Positions 1-10,112 of a stretch of 29,646 nt of DNA are shown in pieces. The position numbers and the translations under genes were made by a program. Position 1 is the first letter of the stretch. Every line of letters starts with the position of its first letter. This DNA is from Tupaia chinensis (taxonomy: Eukaryota), in assembly GCF_000334495.1 (NCBI RefSeq), contig NW_006159661.1, forward strand, positions 808,147 through 837,792, given 5' to 3'. The notes under the pieces are model-generated. The model searched no databases. It had not been told where the DNA came from and saw nothing but the letters and a program-made list of their open reading frames with translations.

Positions 1-310
1 GGAGTGGAGAGCCCAGAGGAGGGCGAGGAGCTCTAGGAAAACTGGGAGGAAACGCAGGGCCTTTGGGGAGAGGAGGAGGGGGAGGAGGCGCTCCATGAAA
101 AGGAACAGCAGGACCCTGCTGGAGTGGAGAGTCCAGAGGAGGAAAACTGGAAGGAAACATAACACCTCCTGGGAGAGGAGGAGGAGGAGGAGGGGGAAGC
201 GCTCCACAAAAACCAACAAGAGGAATCTGCTGAAGTGGAGAGTCCAGCTCAAGGGAGGTGTCAGCACTACAAAAGTCCAAAACGTCCTCCTCAGGTTTGT
301 GTGGATCAAG
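1..310 (-). CDS. Candidate minus-strand proline-rich repeat coding segment (…LDSPLQQIPLVGFCGALPPPPPPPLPGGVMFPSSFPPLDSPLQQGPAVPFHGAPPPPPPLPKGPAFPPSFPRAPRPPLGSPL…), truncated by window start
   Basis: Open minus-strand frame across the whole ~115-bp tandem repeat, with acceptor-like tatgtgtctctgaacag|CTT at about 311. Pyrimidine-rich strands are naturally stop-poor, so coding status is uncertain. Confidence 0.2.
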
Positions 311-340
311 CTGTTCAGAGACACATAACTTCAGGGATTT
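1..340. repeat. Tandem repeat, about 115-120 bp unit, 2.8 copies (motif CTGGAGTGGAGAGYCCAGAGGAGG...), purine-rich on the plus strand
   Basis: Units start at 1, 121 and 235. A relic of the motif (ctgagtggagagcccaagcc) lies at 625-645, on the far side of the SINE at 368-606. Confidence 0.7.
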
Positions 341-367
341 CATACCACAGGCAAATTCAAAAGATGG

Positions 368-606
368 GTCTGGGGGGCTAGAGGGTGACATAGCGGTTAT
401 GGCGCTGGACTCCCACGTGGCCAACTGTGGTTCAAGTTCCAGACCCTGTGGCTTGAAACTCACGCTAGGCGTGCGTGCGTGCGTGCCCAAAATCCCGGGA
501 GAAGAACAGAGAAGGAATTGTCTTCTCACTTGCTGTGCCTCTGGCTCTCTCTCTGTGTCGCTGGCCAGTGCATCTGCCCTAGGGCAAACATCTTTATGAA
601 AAACAG
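368..606 (+). mobile_element. tRNA-derived SINE, long subtype
   Basis: tRNA-like head (ctggactcccacgtggccaactgtggttcaagt), a central domain (gtgcgtgcccaaaatcccgggagaagaa) and a CT-rich tail with an A-run. Confidence 0.75.
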
Positions 607-1276
607 GTGGGTCCTGGGGAGACGTTCTGAGTGGAGAGCCCAAGCCAATGGAAATGTTGGTACTATTGGCAATCTCAAAAAAGCCAGACTGCTGGGGACC
701 CGGATGAGAACCAAAAAGAGAGCTATGAAGAGGTAAGGGGGGAGCACCCAGGGGAGCTGAATACCCAAGGCCAGCAGCCGAGAAAGGGCGAGAACCAGCT
801 GCTCCAGCCCCAAAAGAGAAGTTGGCAGCAGATGCCATTTTTGGTTGCATGGCTTTCATCAATGGTTTTGGAAGTTCTTTCTTTGTAAAGGAAGCAGTCT
901 GCTTCAAACCTAACGGTCCGTCCATCCCTGCTTGTCGGAGTGCTGGCTGTGAAGGAAGGCTGTGCCATTCAGCACATACAGGAACTGCTGGCTTAGAGGA
1001 TTTCGTTTTCCTTTTAGCCATGCCCTTCCGTTTGAATAAACCCAATCCTTCATTCCATTCAGGGGATGCTAAAAGAGGCTGCTGAGAAAAAAAAAATTAT
1101 TAGTGTAAGGAAAAGACAGAATAAAATGAACAAACATTCTTCCGAGTAGTCGACTTCCCAGCAGTCAAGCTTTTTTTTTAATCCCAGAGCATAATTCCCA
1201 GAATCAGAAACAACAGAGTCAGAGACACTGAAAATAATAAGAGCTATTCTATTCGGGATCATTTAAGGACAAGGTC

Positions 1277-1459
1277 CTAGGGGCAGGTAGGTGGCGTGGT
1301 GGTTAGGGGCGCTGGACCCACGTGGCCGACCGTGGTTCGAGTCCTGGACCTGGTGGCTTGCTTTCTCACTTTCTCTCTCTCTCCCTCTCTCTCGTGCACG
1401 CGCGCGCACACGTGCTCTTATTCTGTCCCTCTCTGGTCAAATTAAAATAAATAAATAAG
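1277..1459 (+). mobile_element. tRNA-derived SINE, short subtype
   Basis: Head is ggtggcgtggtggttaggggcgctggacccacgtggccgaccgtggttcgagtcctggacc. Tail is ctctctc...ctggtcaaattaaaataaataaat. Confidence 0.8.
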
Positions 1460-1460
1460 T

Positions 1461-1725
1461 GGGACCAGCAATTAGCGTAATGGCTATGTTGCTGAACTCC
1501 CATGTAGTCGACCGCGGTTCAAGTCCTGGACCCGGTGGCTTAAACTCACGCTGGTCACATGTGCATGCGTGCCCTAGATCCTGAGAGGAGAATGGAAGAG
1601 AAGGGATTGCGGCATGGCCATCCCCCCTGGGGGGTGATTTCTCACTTTCTATCTCTCTGTCTTTCTCTCTCTTTCTGGCGAGTGCACATGCCCTGTAGCA
1701 AAAACCTCTCAAAAAAAAAAAAAAA
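1461..1725 (+). mobile_element. tRNA-derived SINE, long subtype
   Basis: Full-length copy with an A15 tail. Confidence 0.85.
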
Positions 1726-1751
1726 TGTAAGCAACTTTACTTGTGTGTAAA

Positions 1752-1753
1752 GT

Positions 1754-1789
<36 letters not shown>
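1752..1789. repeat. (GT)n microsatellite, 19 units
   Basis: Sequence is gtgtgtgt... between SINE copies. Confidence 0.9.
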
Positions 1790-1790
<1 letters not shown>

Positions 1791-1970
1791 CCAAAATTCT
1801 GAGAGGAGAATGGAGGAGGGTAGCCACTCCTCGTGAGGGAACCACAGTCGGCCATGTGAGAGTCCTGCATCCCTAACCACCACACCACCAGCCAGCCCCA
1901 AAATAAAATAATTATTTAGAAAAAAAAGGGACGAGGCCCTCATTTTTAAAGCTTTTTGGTTTTGTTTTTG

Positions 1971-2192
1971 TCACAGGGTATACATTCACCAGAGAGAGAC
2001 AGAGAGGGAGTAGGTGAGAAAGCCCCTCCCAGGGGAGATGGCCACTCTGCAATTCCTTGTCTTCCATTCTCCTCTCAGGATATTGGGCACACATGCACCC
2101 AGTGTGTTTTCAGGCTGCTGGGTCTGGGACTCAAACTGCGGAATCGATCACATAGGATCCAGAGCCTTAAGTTCCATGCCACCTACTGGCCC
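1971..2192 (-). mobile_element. tRNA-derived SINE, long subtype
   Basis: Reverse complement of the family consensus. Confidence 0.75.
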
Positions 2193-2496
2193 CAGGGTCC
2201 TCATTTTATAGCTATGGAGGCTGAGACCTGGAGAGAATACCAGCAATCAATACATCAAAGACCTTTTTCTTTTGTCTTCGAATTACAAAATATTAAATAC
2301 CCCTTATCTTACATATATGGAAACTGAAAATCACAGAGGTGACTTGCCCAAGATTTTACAATGACCAGCATCCAGTGTACAAATTAGCATTAAAATAAGA
2401 CAATAATTTGAAAACAGTCTAGTCTTTTAGACTGTTTTCCAGTAACTTAAAGACAATAAAAAATTTGTTTTTCAAAAGTTTTAGAATAAATGAAGA

Positions 2497-2712
2497 CAAG
2501 CTGGTGGCATGGTGGTTAAGGTGGCTAGACCCCACATGGCTGAATGAACGGCTCAAGTCCTAGACCCAGTCAGTGGCTTGCAAAACATGCCAGGTGCGTA
2601 TGTGTAGTATCCAAAATCCCAAGAGGAGAATGGAAGAGAAGGGAATGTGGCATGGTCATCCCCCTCAGGGATGTCTCTCTCTGGCGAGTGCATGCACCCT
2701 ACAGCAAAAACC
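2497..2712 (+). mobile_element. tRNA-derived SINE, long subtype
   Basis: Family head, central domain and tail. Confidence 0.75.
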
Positions 2713-2715
2713 TAT

Positions 2716-2956
2716 GGGGCCAGTCAGTGGCATTGTGCTTAAGGTGACTGAATCCACATAACTGACTGTGGAGTTTGAGTTCTAGACCCAGCAGCTTGGA
2801 AAACATACTGAACACATGTGTGTGTGTGAGCCCAAAATTCTGAGAGGAGAGTGGAGGAGGATAGCCATTCCCCCTGAGGGGAGTGGTTTCTCTCTCTCTC
2901 TCTCTGTATCACTCCAGAGAGTACATATGCCCTATAGCAAATTAAAAAGAAAAAAG
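2716..2956 (+). mobile_element. tRNA-derived SINE, long subtype
   Basis: Lies immediately tandem to the previous copy. Confidence 0.75.
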
Positions 2957-3131
2957 AAGTAATAGTGTATGAATTTAAAATTTTCTTGCACCAAAATAAA
3001 CTCACACTTTAATTCCATTTTTTCTATGAACATTTTGAAGGTTTCTTGTATGAACAAATGTTTTAAACATTAGAAAAGCAAACTGAAAAAGTAGTGATGA
3101 ACTAGACCTATTTGATATTAAAGACTTTTAT

Positions 3132-3302
3132 GGGGCCGGCAGGTGGCATGGTGGTTAAGGGTACTAGACTCCCACATGGCTGACTGCGGTTCGAGTCCTG
3201 GACCTGGCGGCTTGCTTTCTCACTTTCATTCTCTCTCTCTCTGTCCTTCTCTGGTCAAATTAAAATAAATAAATGAATAAATAAAGTTAAATAAATAAAA
3301 TA
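3132..3302 (+). mobile_element. tRNA-derived SINE, short subtype
   Basis: Head plus a ctctctc...ctggtcaaattaaaataaataaatgaataaataaa tail. Confidence 0.85.
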
Positions 3303-3430
3303 ATTCTTTTTAAAAAAAGACTTTTATAAAAATACAATACTTATAAAAGAAGGCTCAATGAACCAAAGTAGATAGTCTTGCAATAAATCCTAAAACATGG
3401 AGTTTAACAGATGATCAAGATGAAATTTCA

Positions 3431-3676
3431 GGGGCCAGCAGGTGGTGTGGTAGTTAAGGTGATGAATTTCCACATGGTTGACCATGGTTCATGTCCCAGA
3501 CCTAGCAGCCTGAGGATCATGCTGGGCATATGTAAAGTGTGCCCAAGATCCCAAGAGAAGAATGAAGGGGAAGGGATTGTGATGTGGCAGTCACTTCCTA
3601 GGGGGTGATTTCTCACTGTCCCTCTCACTGTCTCTGTCTCTCTCCAGCGAACACATGTGCCCTATGGTAAAAACCT
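3431..3676 (+). mobile_element. tRNA-derived SINE, long subtype
   Basis: Family structure. Confidence 0.75.
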
Positions 3677-3780
3677 TAAAAATAAGAATAACCATGAAAA
3701 CATGAAACTATTTAAAGAAATGAAGGGAAAATTTTAAAGTATAATCTCTGAATAGGAAAGGTATTTATTTTATTTTTAAA

Positions 3781-4014
3781 TTTTGCCAGAGGGTGCATGA
3801 GCTTACCAGAGAGAGAGAAGGAGGAAGAAAACACTCTTCCATGGGACATAGTCATGCCACAATTCCTTTTCCTCCATTTCTCCATTGCATAGGATTCTCA
3901 GCATGCATGCACATGTGTGCAGTGTGTTTTTCAAGTCTATGAGGACAGGATTTGAACTATGTGGCTGGCCATGTAGAATCCAGCTCCCTTAATCACTAGA
4001 CCACGGGGCCAGCC
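3781..4014 (-). mobile_element. tRNA-derived SINE, long subtype
   Basis: Reverse complement of the family. Confidence 0.75.
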
Positions 4015-4254
4015 TAATGTTAGTTTTTCAATATAGTTTGGTTCATTTATTCCTCAGCTCATTCCCAGAAGGATGGCAATAGCTGGGTATGCTGTATTAA
4101 CTCCTCTGCCTAGTCTATGGGAGAAGGGCTGATCAGGAGCCCAGACAGGAAATGGGAGCATGGTTTTCTGAAGTTATTATCTCCCCAACTATAAAACCAA
4201 AGTACTTTGCGAAGGGTTGAGAAAATATGTTTTCTTTTTAAAAAGTTTACTTCT

Positions 4255-4506
4255 TGGGACCAGCACATGGTGTAGTGGTTATGTCACTGGACTCCCACAT
4301 GGGCGACTGCGGTTCAATTCCTGGACTTAGTGACTTGAAACTTACACCAGGCACATGTGCATGTGGGCCCAAGATCCCAGGAGGAGAATGGAGGAGAAGG
4401 GATTGTGACGTGGCCACCCCATCTTCGGGGTGATGTCTCACTTTCCCTTTCACTGTCTCTCTTGGGTGAGCGCACACACCCTAAGGCAAAAATCTCTTTA
4501 AAAAAA
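4255..4506 (+). mobile_element. tRNA-derived SINE, long subtype
   Basis: Family structure. Confidence 0.8.
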
Positions 4507-4514
4507 TTTACTTC

Positions 4515-4715
4515 TTTATTTCTCCCATAACAGACACAGAGAGATGGACACTCCCTATAAGGCCTTGATGCCACAACCCACTTCCAGTCCCAGCCAGTCC
4601 AGGCACACATGTGCATGTCAGGCAAGCTTGGGGAGGCCTTGGGACTCAAACGAGGGACCCTTCCCTCGCAGGTCCAGCTGCACGATCAGTCACCACCACC
4701 TCAACTAAGAAACAT
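4515..4715 (-). mobile_element. Divergent SINE-derived segment
   Basis: Resembles the family in reverse orientation but is highly diverged. Confidence 0.4.
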
Positions 4716-4872
4716 TCTTTACCTCTCTCTCTGCCTCCCTCCTTCTCTTTCTTTTGTTACTTGCCATCTCAAAACATATCAAACATGATTTTATGAAGAA
4801 AGCAGGTGATATCTAATATGCTTTTATATATGTATTTTTTAATGTAGTGAATTTTTTAATAATTATTTTATT

Positions 4873-5012
4873 TAACTTTATTTATTTTAATATGACCAGA
4901 GAGAGAGAGAGAAAGAGAGAGGGAAAGTGAGAAATCAAGACTCCAGGTCCAGGACTCGAACCACAGTCGGCCATGTGGGAGTCCAGAGCCCTTAACCACC
5001 ATGCCATCTGGT
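4873..5012 (-). mobile_element. tRNA-derived SINE, short subtype
   Basis: Reverse complement of the short subtype. Confidence 0.75.
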
Positions 5013-5377
5013 GATCCCAATGCTTTTATGTCCTTAACTAATACAATCACTTTAAAAATACCAAAGGAAATGAGTATTGCATACATTTTATTTTCTCAAA
5101 ATTTCTCTCCTCACAACTATTTTCTTCCTAAGATTCTAAATCCTTAAATTTGGGAGCTTGTACTTCTCTACCCTTGGTGCTGAAGAATCTTATTAGCACT
5201 GTTTTGTTCCTTTCACTTTGAAGATGGTTTCCAATTTCTAAGTCACATTTCTCAATTTTTATTATATTTCTGGTTATAAGGGCCACATAATAAAGCATTG
5301 TAAACTTAAGAAATATTGACAGTGATTTTAGATGACTAGGATAGGAATTTTATCATTAATTTAATGCAAATCTATTG

Positions 5378-5440
5378 GGTCATCCCAAAAGTCATGACGC
5401 GTTTTTGTATAGAAAAATACGTCATGACTTCCTGATGACC
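5378..5440. mobile_element. Palindromic mariner-type MITE (MADE1-like)
   Basis: Arms gggtcatcccaaaagtcatgacgcgttttt and aaaaatacgtcatgacttcctgatgacc are inverted repeats. They resemble the Hsmar1 ITR TTAGGTTGGTGCAAAAGTAATTGCGGTTTTTG. Confidence 0.5.
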
Positions 5441-5585
5441 TATTATATTACCTAAACGACTTTAGTTTTCAGTTTATTTGTACTTGAGTGAAGCATACCA
5501 CAGCAGTTTTCTTTTTGTACTTTGCAAATACATTTATATTAATACATGGTGACTATCTCAGTAATGCTTTTTTGTAAGTAGCACT

Positions 5586-5832
5586 TTTTTTTGAGAGAGA
5601 GATTTTTTACTATAGGGTGCATGTGCTTGCTGGAAAGCAGAGACAGACAGAAAGTGAGAAATCACCTCCCCCCCCACCGCTAGGGGGTATGACCATGCCA
5701 AAATCCCTTCTCCATTCTCCTCTCAGGATCTTGGGCATGCATGCACACATGCCCAGTGTGAGTTTTAAGCCACAAGGTGCAGGACTTGAACTGTGGTGGG
5801 CTATCTGGGAGTCCAGCGACACATGGCCCTTC
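5586..5832 (-). mobile_element. tRNA-derived SINE, long subtype
   Basis: Reverse complement of the family, with a poly-T at the left end. Confidence 0.8.
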
Positions 5833-5923
5833 CTTATGGTTCTACACCACATTTTTATAAATGTATGAATATTTTCATCAAGGAGACAATTGCTTTTCTT
5901 TTTTAAAAAATTTATTTGCCAAG

Positions 5924-6182
5924 ACCAGTAGTTAGCGTAATGGCTATGTTGCTGGAGTCCCATGTAGTCAACCATGGTTCGAGTCCTGGATCCAGCGGCT
6001 TAAACTCATGCCAGGCACATGTGCGTGCGTGCCCAAGATCCCAACAGGAGAATGGAGGAGAAGGGATTGTGGCGTGGCCATCCCCCCTGGGGGTGATTTC
6101 TCGCTTTCTGTCTGTCTCTCTCTGTCTTTCTGGTGAGTGCATGTGCCCTATAGCAAAAACCTCTCCAAAAAAAAAAAAAAAG
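5924..6182 (+). mobile_element. tRNA-derived SINE, long subtype, with about 17-bp TSD (aaaaatttatttgccaa)
   Basis: The direct repeat flanks the element at about 5907-5923 and 6183-6199. It inserted into the tail end of the neighbouring minus-orientation copy. Confidence 0.8.
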
Positions 6183-6192
6183 AAAAAAATTT

Positions 6193-6225
6193 ATTTGCCA
6201 AAGGTGCATATGCAGAGAGTCGGAG

Positions 6226-6262
<37 letters not shown>

Positions 6263-6441
6263 GCACTCTTCAAAGAGGGGTGGTCATGCCATAATCCCTT
6301 TTCCTCCAGTTCTCCATCTTGTCGGAATTGCGAGCATCCACCTACATCTGGCATGTTTTTCAACTCTGTGGAGCAGGATTTGAAGCACACTGTCTGCCAT
6401 GCGGAATCCAGTTCTCCAACCACTAGATCATGGAGCTGACC
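6193..6441 (-). mobile_element. tRNA-derived SINE, long subtype, with internal (GA)n
   Basis: Reverse complement of the family. Includes a (GA)15 tract at 6229-6259. Confidence 0.75.
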
Positions 6442-6548
6442 TAGGAGGTGACCATTTCTACATGTACACCTAGTAAGAGGTGTCCGTTTATTTTTAGCAG
6501 CGTTCCTCTCATGAAAATATAAAAGTGCGAAATCACTTCATCCAGTAA

Positions 6549-6668
6549 TTAACATTACCTGTGAAACACCGGGGTCTGGCTGCTCCTCCGGCCAGCTGAT
6601 ATATGGCAAGAAGTCCACATCTTCTTGGGCGATAAGGTCCGAAATATTTGGAATGTCACGAAAAGACT
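6549..6668 (-). CDS. Candidate VWA5-family exon (DDNESFRDIPNISDLIAQEDVDFLPYISWPEEQPDPGVSQ)
   Basis: Donor TTTCACAG|gtaatg is strong and the acceptor caatacag|GAT is moderate. 120 nt, open in phase 0, GC-rich and coding-like. No homology anchor. Confidence 0.4.
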
Positions 6669-7514
6669 CATTATCATCCTGTATTGAATCACAATTGGGT
6701 TAAGTCAAAAGAGATATTATTGAGTGATTACTACACTTTCTAAAGCTTTGTGGATGTTGGGTTTGGAATATGTTTGATTGGATGGTGTGTCCCTGTCATG
6801 AGTGTGACAGAAAGATGGGGAGTAGACAGATCCGTGCAGTTGGGTGGCTTTACTGTTCATGGAGCACTCACTGGGTGCTGAGCGCTGTGCTAAGTACATT
6901 TAAGATTTTCTTTTTCAACTTAACGAAGAAAAAGAGCCTCTCAAAACATAAAGAAAATCCAGGTCTTTCCAATTTTTTGAGGGTCTTGGATTAATACATG
7001 ATAAGTGCCAAATAGGTAACAAACTTGTTATAGCTTAAAAGTATAATTATAACTAATTAATAATGGTAAGATTAAAAATGATAATGTATGCAATTCATCT
7101 GGAGAGATTGTGGGAAGCCCTCATGCTGAGGGTCATCACAAATGGAGGCCCTGGCTCATGAGGCCTGTGTCTCTTTCCACCTCACCTTGTGTCATAGGCC
7201 ATTGGCATGGCATTGTCATTAACAATCAGAGCAGAAATAACTTTAAGTTTCTTTCTCCTTCAAAGAGAGAACCAGGCACTCCTTAAAGGGTCTTCAGGAC
7301 ACCATCCGCCCCAATCTCAGCCATGCCTGGCTCAAGGGCACACATGTACCCAACACATTCAGAGAGCTCTCTGGATGGGAACCCATAACCCTCGCAAATG
7401 TGTCAGTGTCACAGTGCTGTGTTACTACTGTGCTAATGCCCAACCCCCTACGTGTAACTTCTTTAATGTGTCAATAGAAATAAAATAATTTAACCATGAA
7501 TTAACAATACATAC

Positions 7515-7610
7515 CCTTTTCTCAACCGCTATGAAGCTTGTAAATTGTGTTATGAGAGAGTTTTCTTTACTGAGTTTAATAATCAGAGATTTCAAGATTT
7601 CTTTCTTCAT
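7515..7610 (-). CDS. VWA5-family gene exon (MKKEILKSLIIKLSKENSLITQFTSFIAVEKR)
   Basis: Acceptor ttttgttttattctatcctag|ATG and donor AAAAGG|gtatgt. 96 nt. Aligns to VWA5A DKKDALNLSLESGVISSFTAFIAINKE. Confidence 0.75.
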
Positions 7611-7694
7611 CTAGGATAGAATAAAACAAAATCATGTCCTGTTTTATTTACTTCAAGTCCTTTGTATGTGACCAATTAAGAGTGTATTAAATCA

Positions 7695-7938
7695 GAACCA
7701 GCAGACGGTGTAATGGTTGCGTTGCTGGACTCCCATAGTTGACCATGGTTTAAGTCCTGGACCCAGCAGTTTAAAATTCATGCTGGGCATGTGTGCGTGT
7801 GTGCCCAAGAGGAGACTAAAGGAGAAGGGATTGTGGCATGGCCATCTCCCCTGGGAGTGATTTCTTGCTTTCTGTCTCTGTCTCTCTGGTGACCACATGT
7901 GCTCTATAACAAAAATCTCTCTTAAAAAAAGAAAAAAA
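7695..7938 (+). mobile_element. tRNA-derived SINE, long subtype, with 16-bp TSD (agagtgtattaaatca)
   Basis: Flanking direct repeats at 7678-7693 and 7938-7953. Confidence 0.85.
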
Positions 7939-8689
7939 GAGTGTATTAAATCATCTAAAAAAGTATTTCACTAGGACAAGTAAATCACTTAAAAATTAGT
8001 ATTTCAAACTAAATATTGAACCAGCATCTTGCCTAAACATTTTATGTAGGTGACTCAGTGTTGCCTGCAAAATGGCATTAACCGATTTAGCTAAAACAAT
8101 AATTTGTGTTTATACAGCTCTCCTGGTTTACAAGGAGCACTGACGTGCGTGAGCTTCCTTATCCTTTCACAGTCTGGGGTCCCCATTTAATGCCAAGGAG
8201 TTGGAGAGGCAGAGTGACTTGTTCAGGATTGTTTGAGTCAGGGCTAGTCAGGTACTCCTCCTGCCCCCGCCTCACCCCAAGATAAAAAGGCCTTGAGCAA
8301 AACAACATGAAGGCTGCTAATGCAAGGGCTGTCGAGGCAGTGAGAGCACAAGATCACTTGTCACCTGCTGTGACTGTGAGGACACCAGGCTGCTGTGCGG
8401 CACACTGGACCTTCTTTAGGGAATGGCATTGGTAATGAGAGACCCGCTGGACCCTCGTGGTGGGCTGACTGAGCAGAATCCCCCGCCAGGATCCTTCTCA
8501 GCACAGGGGAGGGGGAGCAAGGCGGGTTTTGGCTCTACTCGTGTCCTCAAGCAGGACGCCACTGTCCTCACCTGAGCTTCTGCATCAGGAGATGGGAACA
8601 CTAGCATGACAGCATGGGAGAGCCAAGACTAGTCTCCCACGAGCACTTAGCGAGTGTTCTCTGAGCCCTCCTCCAACTTTGTTCCATGG

Positions 8690-8800
8690 GCAACATTATC
8701 ACAGAATTCTAGGGAAATCCCTGACATCTGTTCTTGATTCATTCAACAACCATTTATTGAGCTCTACCCCCCAAACACATACGTCACAGACATGGTGATG
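8690..8800 (-). mobile_element. MIR 3'-end fragment
   Basis: ttgattcattcaacaaccatttattgagc is the reverse complement of the MIR GCTCAATAAATG...TTGAATGAATCAA motif. Confidence 0.45.
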
Positions 8801-9350
8801 GTGCTCTTCAGGCAGGAGAAAGAAATGGGAGTGGGTAAGGGGGCTGGAGCATCTGCCCATGTAGCCGGATAGAGAAACCCATCAGGGTGGAAAAATTCCC
8901 CACCCAAGGTGATATAAGCAGATTAATGGGGGGATGTCCAGCTGATTAAGCCACATCTGATAGAGCCCGTGAGACTGAGCACAATCAGTGGGCCCAACCA
9001 ATGGTCAACCAACGCTACTTAGATTAAAAATTATAAATCTCACAGAATGTAGCTGCTGGGGCCTTCTGAGCCATTCTTTCTCTATCCGCTCAGGTCCACT
9101 CCTACCTCCTGGGAATGTACTTTCACTTTTACTTAATAAACTACCTTTTCCTTTTGATATTGGCTTGTTTTGTTCACTTTTTGGTTCAAAACAGCAGGAA
9201 CATGGATATCATCGCCAAAGCCATCTGGCAGCACTCTGACACCGCAATCTTCTCTATCCAGCTATTCTCAGGTTACATTTCCATAAATAAATTCATTTAA
9301 GAATGATCGAGAACAATGTATAATAGTTCTTTTTTATGTATAGAACTAAC

Positions 9351-9431
9351 CTCATGATTTGTTGCATTTTCATGGAGAATGCCATCTTCGTAATCTCTGA
9401 TTAGAGCTCGTGCTGTTAGTTTGTGAATCAT
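9351..9431 (-). CDS. VWA5-family gene exon (MIHKLTARALIRDYEDGILHENATNHE)
   Basis: Acceptor ttttttctcctttgctacttcaacacag|ATG and donor CATGAG|gttagt. 81 nt, phase 0. Aligns to VWA5A TIHRLAAKSLLQTKDMGLRE. Confidence 0.7.
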
Positions 9432-9491
9432 CTGTGTTGAAGTAGCAAAGGAGAAAAAATTACAGTGACTTCTAAGTAAAGACTTATGTAG

Positions 9492-9762
9492 GGAACAAGC
9501 AGTTAGCATAATGGCTATGTCGCTGGACTCCCACGTAGCCAACCGCGGTTCGCGTCCCGGACCAGGTGGCTTAAAACTCACGCTGGGCGTGTGTGCGTGC
9601 GTGCCCAAGATCCCGAGAGGAGAATGGAAGAGAAGGGATTGCGGCGTGACCATCCCCCCTGGGCGGTGATTTCTCGCTTTCTGTCTCTGTCTCTCTCTGT
9701 CTGTCTGGCGAGCACACGTGCCCTATAGTGAAAATCTCTCTCAAAAAAAAAAAAAAAAAAAA
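9492..9762 (+). mobile_element. tRNA-derived SINE, long subtype, with 13-bp TSD (aagacttatgtag)
   Basis: Near-consensus copy with an A21 tail. TSD at 9479-9491 and 9762-9774. Confidence 0.9.
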
Positions 9763-9837
9763 AGACTTATGTAGACCATTTTAAAATTGAGATATAATTT
9801 GCATATAATAGAATTCACCCTTTTCTTTTTTTAAATA

Positions 9838-10112
9838 GCCACAGGGCATTATATGTTTGCCAAAGAGACAGGGAGAAAATACCAACCCCCATGGGATGTG
9901 CTCATAACACAATCCCTTTTCCATTTTTCCATCCTGTCAGGGATGGAATGATGTGCGTGCGTGCCCAAGATCCTGAAAGGAGAACGGAGGATAAGGGATT
10001 GCAGCGTGGTCATCCCTCCTGGGGGTGATTTCTTGCTTTCTGTGTGTCTTTCTCTGTCTGTCTGGTGAGTGCTTGTGCCTTATAACAAAAAAAATCCAAA
10101 AAAAAAAAAAAA
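9838..10112. mobile_element. Two partial long-subtype SINEs in head-to-head inverted arrangement (9838-9950 minus, 9951-10112 plus)
   Basis: The minus-orientation 3' part abuts the plus-orientation central and tail part. Confidence 0.6.

Noticed and set aside
822-1085. Plus-strand ORF ending near AATAAA (1036) with a downstream A-run, which could be a terminal exon or retrocopy
   Set aside because: The peptide has no recognisable features and the AATAAA-to-A-run distance is long. It is mentioned within the low-complexity finding rather than called as a gene.
1437-1712. Many ORF-track entries of 60-120 aa with recurring peptides (...SPPRGDGHAAIPSPPFSS..., ...CPRSQEENGGEGIA...)
   Set aside because: They are translations of the tRNA-derived SINE family in various frames. 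They recur wherever a SINE copy lies and have no splice or start context, so they are not genes.
8400-8620. GC-rich stretch as a possible CpG island or promoter
   Set aside because: CpG dinucleotides are sparse, and it merges into a MIR fragment. There is no TSS-like context.
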